Assembly: GCA_029571225.1 (NCBI GenBank)
Contig: JAKPTF010000035.1
Span: 145,925-209,924 of the forward strand
DNA: 64,000 bases
Source: Candidatus Omnitrophota bacterium
GTDB lineage: Bacteria > Omnitrophota > Gorgyraeia > Gygaellales > Profunditerraquicolaceae
Direction: 5' to 3'
The position numbers were made by a program, and so were the translations under genes. The notes under the pieces are model-generated. The model was not told where the DNA came from. It was given only the letters and a program-made list of their open reading frames with translations, and made no database searches. Below, in pieces: positions 35,730 to 43,798 of the stretch. Within the stretch, counting starts at the first letter, position 1; every line of letters starts with the position of its first letter.

Positions 35730-38378
35730 ATGTTCACGCAAAAGTTCAGGACCATCGTAACACTGGTATTGCTGATAACCATGACGGCGGTCAGCATGCC
35801 GATGAATGTCGTTCAGGCAGAAACAACGCCGGCAGGCCAGCAGAACAGCACGGTCATGCCTGCGGCACGGATCAAACACCGGGACTTCATCCACCGCATA
35901 GTTCCGGGAAACGAAGCGGCTGCCCCAAAAAACACAGTCGGGGACGGCGAGCTCTCTGAGGATCCCCGCGTGCAGAAACCGGAAACAAAAAAATTATCGG
36001 CAGAAGAACAAAAAGAACTGAAAAAAATCTTCGGGGTAGCGCCGGTAACATCCAAAACGGTCACCCTCTGCGGCGGCACGACCGTTTCGTATTATGACAA
36101 AGACGGCAATCTCGTCGGCACATTCAAAAAGACGACCGGCACGCAATACGACATTCTTGGCGCGTATTATGACAAGAACGGCAAGTTGATCACGCGCGAG
36201 GGCACGGCATTGACGCCAGAACAACAGGCGGCGTTAAAAGAGATATTCGGCACAGCGCCGGCCTGGAGTGTCGAAGGACCGCACTGGATAACAACGTCGA
36301 TACCGCCGAGCTCAGGATACACGATCATGTATTATGACAAAGACGGCAATTTTCTCGGCGAGAAAAGGGTTTCGGATACCGGCTCCGGCGTTCATTCGGA
36401 GACGTATTACGACAAGGACGGCAAAAAGATCGACACGACAGCGAATGTCGAGATCAAACCCCCGGTTCGTCCGCCTGATACGGAAACAGACATCAAGGTC
36501 TGGACCCAGTATTACAAGGATTACGTCGCCTATATCAATAAATTGGACGACGTATCCATGAAGAAACAGGCATGGGAAAGCCTCGGCAATGACATCCTGA
36601 AGCTTTCCAGGGAACATCCGGAGCTTATTTCCGCCGGAGCCATTAACGCAGTGATGTCGGCCATGACTGCCGAGTTGAAGAAAATCTATCGCGATGACAG
36701 TTATAAATTGGATCTGTCAAATGCGCAGGCGTCAGTCGTGAAGGCTGCTTTAAACCTGGTCAAAAGCGATGCGTTCAAAGCAATGGACGACGCAACGCAG
36801 AGCGCCATAGGCCATTATTTCATGGCCCTCGGCGTTGAATTAACCTGGTTAAGCGCTAACAATAAGACCAACAGCGCCCTGTATCCCAAGATAGCGGAGT
36901 TCTTTAAGACGCTTCTGGAAAACGGCTCGAACCAGGTCAAGGCGCAGGCATTTTGCCAGCTTATGAACCTGTGGCGGATCGGCCACTGGGGATCGAAAGA
37001 AGGTAACCGGGACGAAGTCAATAAGATCCTCAAGCAGGCGCTTAATATCGAGGGAGGCATCCAGGGCCTTGTCAACAAATGGATAACCGGCCTCGATGAT
37101 GAATCCCTTGACGCCGACAGCCGGGGCAACATGGCCAACGCGCTTGCGCAGGCGATCTGGCACAGCGACGCGTTGAACGAGGCCAGCAACACGAAATTGT
37201 CTGATGCGGACCGGACGAAGATAGCCAACAAGCTCACGGCATTCGTCAAAGGCGTCAATGACGGCTCCATCAAGGTCTCGGCTGGAGTGCGCAACGGCAT
37301 GATCCATTGCATCGGCTGCGCGCTGTCCACGCTGTTTAACGAAGGCAAGGGCGCCACGGACTCGACCAAAGCGCTCACGAACGCCTATATCTCGTTTGCG
37401 CAGAAATCCCTGCTTCTGTCTGCGGATGAGGGCGGCTGCGTCACCATCCAGTCATCGGCAATCAATCTGCTGACGCATCTCAAGGATGTCGCAAAAGCAA
37501 AAGGACTTGAGGGCGTTGTTGAGAAATGCACAAATGTCCTTCTCGACAAGGATTTCGACCTCGAGGGTTTTGTCGATAAAGCGCGCAAAGAGATGAACGC
37601 AACGGCCAACGCGGACCATGCTGCGTTTGTCGCGCGGGCGCTGGCGAATATCGAAACAATCAACCTGGCCAATAACACAGGCAAGGTTGACGCCAAGATG
37701 GTCAAGGAAACCATAGCTGATATCAAGGCGTGGATCACGGTCCCGGAGCACCTGAAAGACATGCGCCACCGGGACTGGCAGAGAAGGCTCTATGACGCAC
37801 TGACAGCGCTTCTGAAACAGGCCTACAAAAAAGGCTCAACGCTCGGCGATGACAAGGCGATGCAGGAGAATATCGTCGCGATCTTCGGCACGATATCGGG
37901 CCTGAAGGATTCGCTTGTCAAGAAGTTCGCCACTGCCGATATGAACAGCCTTATCAAGCATCTCAAGTCCGAAGGCTTCAAGGACCTCGCTTACAAGATC
38001 GAGATGATCTCGTGCACGAGCTCCGAGGCGCTCATGAAAAAGGCGTGGGATTATTACAACGACAAAGACTACGCTGCGGCAAAGGCGTTCGCCCAGGAGT
38101 GTATCGACCGTTACGGCGAGGAAGCGCTCAAACAACAGGCGTCATTGAAGGATTTCGCGCCGAAAGGCCAGGAATCCAAATACTGGGCGCTCAACGACGT
38201 CGCAACAGCGTACTTCATCCTTGGCGAGATATACTCAAAGCAAAAGAACTATGAAAAGGCAAAAGAAGCATACAGGACAATCATCAACAAGTTCGGTTTT
38301 GCCCAGTGCTGGGATCCGCAAGGCTGGTATTGGAAAGTCGCAGATGCGGCAAAGAAAGCGCTCAAGGAGCTCCCATAA
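35730..38378 (+). CDS. Secreted repeat protein, 882 aa, with a C-terminal TPR-like domain shared with 43799..46324
   Basis: AAGGAGG SD before ATG 35730. Signal peptide MFTQKFRTIVTLVLLITMTAVSMPMNVVQA. YYDKDGN(L/F) repeats. The C-terminus reads ...QQASLKDFAPKGQESKYWALNDVATAYFILGEIY...FAQCWDPQGWYWKV. Confidence 0.65.
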   Translation: MFTQKFRTIVTLVLLITMTAVSMPMNVVQAETTPAGQQNSTVMPAARIKHRDFIHRIVPGNEAAAPKNTVGDGELSEDPRVQKPETKKLSAEEQKELKKIFGVAPVTSKTVTLCGGTTVSYYDKDGNLVGTFKKTTGTQYDILGAYYDKNGKLITREGTALTPEQQAALKEIFGTAPAWSVEGPHWITTSIPPSSGYTIMYYDKDGNFLGEKRVSDTGSGVHSETYYDKDGKKIDTTANVEIKPPVRPPDTETDIKVWTQYYKDYVAYINKLDDVSMKKQAWESLGNDILKLSREHPELISAGAINAVMSAMTAELKKIYRDDSYKLDLSNAQASVVKAALNLVKSDAFKAMDDATQSAIGHYFMALGVELTWLSANNKTNSALYPKIAEFFKTLLENGSNQVKAQAFCQLMNLWRIGHWGSKEGNRDEVNKILKQALNIEGGIQGLVNKWITGLDDESLDADSRGNMANALAQAIWHSDALNEASNTKLSDADRTKIANKLTAFVKGVNDGSIKVSAGVRNGMIHCIGCALSTLFNEGKGATDSTKALTNAYISFAQKSLLLSADEGGCVTIQSSAINLLTHLKDVAKAKGLEGVVEKCTNVLLDKDFDLEGFVDKARKEMNATANADHAAFVARALANIETINLANNTGKVDAKMVKETIADIKAWITVPEHLKDMRHRDWQRRLYDALTALLKQAYKKGSTLGDDKAMQENIVAIFGTISGLKDSLVKKFATADMNSLIKHLKSEGFKDLAYKIEMISCTSSEALMKKAWDYYNDKDYAAAKAFAQECIDRYGEEALKQQASLKDFAPKGQESKYWALNDVATAYFILGEIYSKQKNYEKAKEAYRTIINKFGFAQCWDPQGWYWKVADAAKKALKELP

Positions 38379-38432
38379 CCAAGACGCTTTAGCTATCTGT
38401 TTAGGCAGCAAGTAGTTACAAAACAATTCTTT
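38379..38432 (+). repeat. REP-like element R1
   Basis: CCAAGACGCTTTAGCTATCTGTTTAGGCAGCAAGTAGTTACAAAACAATTCTTT begins immediately after the stop codon at 38378. It is the inverted partner of 43422..43475. Confidence 0.7.
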
Positions 38433-38505
38433 TTGCACGAATTTAACAATCAAGGCGGGCTGGGCCCGTTAACCCCTTTTCGGGTTCAGCCCTGTCCTTG
38501 CTAAT

Positions 38506-38564
38506 GTTAACAGAAGCAAAAGTTGGGTTATACACCTTGAAATTCCATATATATAGGGTAAACT
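38506..38564 (+). promoter_or_regulatory. Upstream box plus promoter (module copy 4)
   Basis: GTTAACAGAAGCAAAAGTT 38506-38524; -35 TTGAAA 38537-38542; a weak -10 TAAACT 38559-38564. Confidence 0.5.
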
Positions 38565-38638
38565 TATTATGAAGCAAGCAGTTTCTTAGGGGGCTTTAAA
38601 AAGATCTGGGGTCAGGTCGAAAAGGGGGAAGAAATCAT

Positions 38639-38749
38639 CCTTATCGATAAAGCCTGCTGTCAACAGCAGGAAAGCCACGGATCTTGAAGAAGCTTTCAAG
38701 CAATAACCGGGTTGCCGAAATAAGGAATGGCAAACCGGTTTTTTATTTT
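38639..38749 (+). promoter_or_regulatory. c-di-GMP-I-like riboswitch plus terminator (copy 4; non-GNRA P1 loop variant)
   Basis: CCUUAUCGAUAAAGCCUGCUG-UCAA-CAGCAGGAAAGCCACGGAUCUUGAA...UUCAAGCAAUAACCGGGUUGCCGAAAUAAGG. Terminator arms are AACCGGGUUGCC 38705-38716 and GGCAAACCGGUU 38729-38740, followed by UUUUAUUUU. Confidence 0.65.
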
Positions 38750-38785
38750 ATGCGCGAAAGCATTTCCCATAACCCGAGGAGACAT

Positions 38786-41700
38786 ATGAAAACCTTTAAG
38801 AAATTGCTCGCAGTAACAATGGCAGCGTCGCTTGCGCTTCAGCCGGTGTTCGCCGGCAACGCCTTTGCTTCTATTGAAGGATTACTGGCTTCATACGGAG
38901 GAAGCATTCCGCCGTCCAGCGGCGGAGGCGAAAGCACCGGCTCGGAATCCGGCTCCACCCAGGGAACAGGCGGACGTACTTTCACTTCGCCATATTCGAG
39001 CGATTACGTCAAACAGCTTATCGCCGACTACAAGAGCGAGCACAGCTTTACGCCTGTTTCGTTCACTCCGGCATCCTATACGCCGATGTCGTTCAGCAGT
39101 TCGCCGCTTGCCGAGCGTTTCACACCCGCGGCAATAAGCACAACCCCTTTGTCGACGCGCTTCGGCACTGATCCTTTGACTAACTTCGGAACAACCGGCA
39201 TTGATACCACAAACCTTCTATCACGATTCAATACTGCCAGCTTCCCTACAACCTCCTTCGGCACGACCAATCTTTTGTCGAACTACAACGCCTCAAGCTT
39301 CGATACGACAAACCTCCTGTCGCGATTCACCTCGAACAACTTCGCTTCCACGAAGCTTTTGAACACCGCCGGATCTCAAACGCCGTCTTTGACGCTGACA
39401 AGCCAGCAGACGCCCCGTATTGCTTTAAACACCGTCAACACGAATAATCTGGCTACCGTAAACGTCGCCGCCAGCCAATACAGACAAGCCTCATGGGCCA
39501 CCGCGACCGTATTTACCAATACCTTTGACCTGAACAACGACCTCAAGGTCGATTCGAACGATATTGCGCAGATGAAAGATCTTAACGGCGATACTGCAAT
39601 AGACGCAAAAGACACAGCGCTGTTCAATAACATCATTAATTTCGACACCATCTCCGCCGCCCAGCAGATCATGACGGTCCAGCAGCTTGCGCCTGCCTAC
39701 AGCGCCGCACTGATCGGCACGCTTGTCTCCCAGGAGCAAACCGCAGCTGCCGTTACGATATACGATAACATTTCCGCGCAGAAAGCCGTTGCGATCGGCA
39801 ATGAGCTCGCAAAAACGGAGAACGGCCAGGCAGCTGCTGCGGAAATCCTGGCGACCATGGCCGGCACCATGAGCATGCGTGACCGCGCGGCAAGCATCAT
39901 CAACTCCATGGCTCCCGCTTCAGCAGCGAGCGTCCTGGCGCGCATGCCGACAACTGCCTCCATTACGATCGTCAAGAACGATAATACAACCAATGCTGGC
40001 GCGATCCTCAAAGAACTGTCAAAACTCCAGGGCGGCGCAAAGATCGCCGCGGCGATCCTGACTAACATGGCAGGGTCTGTCCAATATATCGACCGCGCCA
40101 GCTCCATCCTCAATGATATGGAAGCTTCCGCTGCGGCGAATATCGTCAGGGAAATGGATAAATCCGCTGCCGCAGCGATCATCAGGAACGGGAATATGAC
40201 CGTTGCAAGCGCGGCCAAGATCTTCAATGAGCTCGCAAAAACAAGCTCGGACAACACCGGCATCAACATCATCAGTGCCCTGCTCAATGTCAAACAGACA
40301 GCGGCGCAGAGCCTCACCAACGCAAAGATGGCGTCCATTTTCAGCGCCATGGAGCCCGCGGCGGCAGCCGGTTATTTAATGGCATGCGAGGGGCTGCGCA
40401 GCGTCGTCAACATCCCCGCGGTGATCCTGGGCAACGGCAAGATGAGCACAGAGCAGGCAATCAAAATAGTCAATGAAATGGCCAACACGGCGGCAGGTGC
40501 CTCGCTTGCTGCATCGACGCTGATGGAGGTATATTCCAATGCGCCGACACAGGCAAAGGCAACAGCCATATTGAAAGGGCTGTCTTCAAGCGCCCAGACC
40601 GCGGTCAAACAGGCACTCGGGACCGCGAATACCAACAAGATACTCGGCACGACCTCAACCGCTACAACGACATCGACGACGAATCAGGCCAGTACAACGA
40701 CTTCTACGACGACTACCTCAACCACAGCTGCGACAACCGCAGGGACCACCTATACATTGTCGCAGATCGCAGGTAAAACCATCCTGCCCGGCACGATTAT
40801 TGACGACGGCACGAATAAATACGTTGCGACCCAGCAGTTCGCCGCCGGCGCGAACGGATCGATCCCCGAAACGATCAGATTTAACAAAGTCGGGGGCCTC
40901 ACCGGAGAGCATTTTATTTACAGCGGCGGAGCTTTTACCCAGGTGACATTCGTCAACGGCAGTTCGTATACCGCAGCTGACGGAACAAAATATACCGCCC
41001 TCTCTTCTTTCACGCTCGACGGCGGGAAGCTGCCGAAGGATGCGCTTTTAAAAGACTCAAGCGGCAAGGTCTATAAGACTGACGCCGCGGGCGCGATCGG
41101 CAGCGCGGTTACGGTCTATGCAGCTACAGGCGCCGCAGGAACGAAGATAGCCGCAGGTTCGGTCGTGCTTGTGGATGGGAAATATTACGTCACGACAAAG
41201 GAAGTTACTTATACGAGCGCCGGTAAACTGCCGGTTGGCGAGGCATATAAGAACGGCTGGGTCAATTATATGATGGACCCTCGCGGCGCCATGCGGGCGG
41301 CAGGATATAACGATACGACCGAGGTCATTAAGGACATGCAGACGGAAGCGACGCTGCAGAAATGCCGTGCGGCAGACGAAACGTTCCCGGATGGCGGCAT
41401 CACGATATTCTGGACTAATGAAGAAGCAATACCGGTCCAGGACCTTAACCTGTATGTGCCCGGCTGGGACCTGCGCATGCTCATCACCGCCGATTTTGAC
41501 AATGACGGCGATGTGGAAACGCAGGATTGGGATATGGACCCTGCCATGGTCAATACGCTCGGGCGTTCCATAGACCTGGACATGCCGGCTGAGCTCGACG
41601 GCAAAACGGTCACTGTAGCTTTTTACGTCGTTGACGCGAAGGGCAACCCATTAATAACGACGACGGATGCCCAGACAGGGAAAACGACCTGGGCCTTCGG

Positions 41701-43423
41701 CACAGCGAAAGATACGGCGTATGTGTTCGGCGCAGGCGTGCCGAACCTGCCCGGAACGGCGATCACCTTTACCGTAGACCGCGACCCGTCAAAGGGCGAG
41801 CAACTGCCTCAGGTCACCGGATACAAGGTCAGCGGCGGAAATTTAACCCTGCAGTTCGCGTCGGAGTTCCACCCTTCTTCTTTTACGGCATTCTATGTTG
41901 TGGTAAACGGGAAATATACGCAGATCTCGGATTTCAAATATTTTCTCTCTGACGATCTGCGCACGATGACTATCCCGGTGAGCGCATTTGGCATCAGCAT
42001 CGGCTCCGGCGATAAGGTCCAGATCGTTGCCAAGGAATGGACCGCAGGCATGACCTTGCTGCAGACAGTCATCCCGGGAAAAACAACCCCGACGACACCA
42101 ACTACGCCGACATCAATCAAGGTCGGCGATTCCGTCACCATCGGCAATAAGAATTACGTTGCCAAGACCGCGTTCACCTACAATACCGACGGCACTATCC
42201 CTGCTAACGTCGTATTGAACGACGCACAGGGCAGGCAGTTTACCACCACTGCCACCGGTATGGACCAGAACAGTTATCTGGCAGGCGATCCTATCAAGAT
42301 CAATAATGTGGATTACACAGTCACCACTGCTTTCTTCTACAACGCCCAGGGCAAGATCCCCCAGGGCACCAAGTTCACGGGCGCTGATAACAAGATCTAC
42401 GTCGCTGACGCCACTGGAAGCCTTAAATTGGAGACATCTTCTCAACCCGTACAGGTAAACGTTGGGGATCCCACGGTGTTTGATGGAAAGACATACTATT
42501 TTCAATCAGCTTTCACCTCGACCGGCAAAATCCCCAACGGCATACAGCTTAAGGACGATGAGGGCAGACTGTTCACCGTTACAGCGGACGGCCTCCAGCA
42601 GAACAGTTTTCTCGTCGGCGATCCCATCAAGATCAATAATGTGGATTACACAGTCACCACTGCTTTCTTCTACAACGCCCAGGGCAAGATCCCCCAGGGC
42701 ACCAAGTTCACGGGCGCCGATAATAAGATATACGTCGCTGACGCCACTGGCGCTCTGAAGCTTCAAACAAACCCAACCAACCAGACAGTGACGCTGACTG
42801 ATGGAACGGTTCTGACAGCTACAACAAATTATACTCCGGCGGCTAATGGGCAAATCCCTGCGGGAGTTGAGTTTACAGATCAGAAAGGACACACGTTCAT
42901 ATCAACAAGCAATGGCTCGTTTAGGCAAATAGGATTCAAAGCCGGCGATACCATCGAACTCACTGACGGCACAATCCTCGCTGCTTTGCAGGATTACACG
43001 GTGACCGGCGATAATATGCCTGCTAATGTCAAGTTTACCGATACCCAGGGCCATACGTTTATTACGACTACTGACGGCATGTTCAGGCAGATCGGGTTCA
43101 AGGCAGGCGATACGCTCGAGCTCACTGACGGCACCATCCTCACTGCTTTGCAGGATTACACGGTGACCGGCGATGACATGCCCTCAAACATCAAGTTCAA
43201 AGACGCAGCTGGCAGGCAATACATTACCACTGATGATGGATTCCGGCAGCTTTCGTACAAGGCAGGGGACCAAATTGAGCTGGTCGGTGGCACGAAATTA
43301 ACCTCCTCTTCTGACTTTACTGTTACTTCAACTGGAGACTTCCCTGCAGGCATAGAATTCACTGATAGCCAGAATCAAAAGTGGGTTACAACAGAAGATG
43401 GCAGCTTTAGAAAAGTCATATAA
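38786..43423 (+). CDS. Large secreted repeat protein, 1,545 aa
   Basis: GAGGAG SD before ATG 38786, with signal peptide MKTFKKLLAVTMAASLALQPVFAGNAFA. The track start at 38684 overlaps the riboswitch terminator. Contains a dockerin-like EF-hand pair DLNNDLKVDSND...DLNGDTAIDAKD (~39524-39645). Also contains Ala-rich helical repeats (~39700-40400, MgtE_N-like, low confidence), a Thr-rich linker, and ~13 tandem ~55-58-aa repeats through to the C-terminus. Confidence 0.7.
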   Translation: MKTFKKLLAVTMAASLALQPVFAGNAFASIEGLLASYGGSIPPSSGGGESTGSESGSTQGTGGRTFTSPYSSDYVKQLIADYKSEHSFTPVSFTPASYTPMSFSSSPLAERFTPAAISTTPLSTRFGTDPLTNFGTTGIDTTNLLSRFNTASFPTTSFGTTNLLSNYNASSFDTTNLLSRFTSNNFASTKLLNTAGSQTPSLTLTSQQTPRIALNTVNTNNLATVNVAASQYRQASWATATVFTNTFDLNNDLKVDSNDIAQMKDLNGDTAIDAKDTALFNNIINFDTISAAQQIMTVQQLAPAYSAALIGTLVSQEQTAAAVTIYDNISAQKAVAIGNELAKTENGQAAAAEILATMAGTMSMRDRAASIINSMAPASAASVLARMPTTASITIVKNDNTTNAGAILKELSKLQGGAKIAAAILTNMAGSVQYIDRASSILNDMEASAAANIVREMDKSAAAAIIRNGNMTVASAAKIFNELAKTSSDNTGINIISALLNVKQTAAQSLTNAKMASIFSAMEPAAAAGYLMACEGLRSVVNIPAVILGNGKMSTEQAIKIVNEMANTAAGASLAASTLMEVYSNAPTQAKATAILKGLSSSAQTAVKQALGTANTNKILGTTSTATTTSTTNQASTTTSTTTTSTTAATTAGTTYTLSQIAGKTILPGTIIDDGTNKYVATQQFAAGANGSIPETIRFNKVGGLTGEHFIYSGGAFTQVTFVNGSSYTAADGTKYTALSSFTLDGGKLPKDALLKDSSGKVYKTDAAGAIGSAVTVYAATGAAGTKIAAGSVVLVDGKYYVTTKEVTYTSAGKLPVGEAYKNGWVNYMMDPRGAMRAAGYNDTTEVIKDMQTEATLQKCRAADETFPDGGITIFWTNEEAIPVQDLNLYVPGWDLRMLITADFDNDGDVETQDWDMDPAMVNTLGRSIDLDMPAELDGKTVTVAFYVVDAKGNPLITTTDAQTGKTTWAFGTAKDTAYVFGAGVPNLPGTAITFTVDRDPSKGEQLPQVTGYKVSGGNLTLQFASEFHPSSFTAFYVVVNGKYTQISDFKYFLSDDLRTMTIPVSAFGISIGSGDKVQIVAKEWTAGMTLLQTVIPGKTTPTTPTTPTSIKVGDSVTIGNKNYVAKTAFTYNTDGTIPANVVLNDAQGRQFTTTATGMDQNSYLAGDPIKINNVDYTVTTAFFYNAQGKIPQGTKFTGADNKIYVADATGSLKLETSSQPVQVNVGDPTVFDGKTYYFQSAFTSTGKIPNGIQLKDDEGRLFTVTADGLQQNSFLVGDPIKINNVDYTVTTAFFYNAQGKIPQGTKFTGADNKIYVADATGALKLQTNPTNQTVTLTDGTVLTATTNYTPAANGQIPAGVEFTDQKGHTFISTSNGSFRQIGFKAGDTIELTDGTILAALQDYTVTGDNMPANVKFTDTQGHTFITTTDGMFRQIGFKAGDTLELTDGTILTALQDYTVTGDDMPSNIKFKDAAGRQYITTDDGFRQLSYKAGDQIELVGGTKLTSSSDFTVTSTGDFPAGIEFTDSQNQKWVTTEDGSFRKVI
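42287..42750 (+). repeat. Near-identical intragenic duplication (131 bp twice, offset 333 bp)
   Basis: 42287-42417 and 42620-42750 are about 97% identical. Both encode DPIKINNVDYTVTTAFFYNAQGKIPQGTKFTGADNKIYVADATG. The few differences I saw are synonymous third-position changes. Confidence 0.85.
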
Positions 43424-43475
43424 AGAATTTATTTGTAACTTATTGCTGATAAAATAGATAGCTAAAGCGTCTTCA
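43422..43475 (-). repeat. REP-like element R2 (inverted copy of R1)
   Basis: The reverse complement reads TGAAGACGCTTTAGCTATCTATTTTATCAGCAATAAGTTACAAATAAATTCTTT. It overlaps the last 2 nt of the stop codon (43421-43423) of the 1,545-aa gene. Confidence 0.7.
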
Positions 43476-43480
43476 TTAAT

Positions 43481-43539
43481 GTTAAAGCAAGCAAAAGTTA
43501 GATTTTGAGCTTGTTTTCTCACCGTTTGCCGTGTATACT
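43481..43539 (+). promoter_or_regulatory. Upstream box plus promoter (module copy 5)
   Basis: GTTAAAGCAAGCAAAAGTT 43481-43499; -35 TTGTTT 43511-43516; 17-nt spacer; -10 TATACT 43534-43539. Confidence 0.55.
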
Positions 43540-43605
43540 TATAATGAAATCGGAACAAAGCTTAATTTTTTTCGCTCTTTAATTAGCACTTTTATAAAGA
43601 TTTAG

Positions 43606-43753
43606 TCTTATCGATAATCGCCAAACCCATCGTAAGGTGGGGACGGAAAGCCACGGATCGAGTAAGAATAATCATCGCAGACTTTCTCTCTGCATTCGAT
43701 AGCCGGGTTGCCGAAATAAGCAGTAATATTTCGCAACTCGGTTTTTTGTTTTT
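43606..43753 (+). promoter_or_regulatory. c-di-GMP-I-like riboswitch plus terminator (copy 5)
   Basis: UCUUAUCGAUAAUCGCCAAACCCAUC-GUAA-GGUGGGGACGGAAAGCCACGGAUCGAG...UUCGAUAGCCGGGUUGCCGAAAUAAG. Terminator arms are CCGGGUUGCCGAAAUA 43703-43718 and UAUUUCGCAACUCGG 43727-43741, followed by UUUUUUGUUUUU. Confidence 0.75.
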
Positions 43754-43798
43754 AGGGGGATTCACGGGGTCAAAAACGGGTCAGCAATCGGAGGGGTC

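Noticed and set aside
38684-38785. The upstream extension of the 1,579-aa track ORF.
   Set aside because: It overlaps the riboswitch aptamer and the terminator U-tract. The ATG at 38786 has a GAGGAG SD and is followed at once by a signal peptide.
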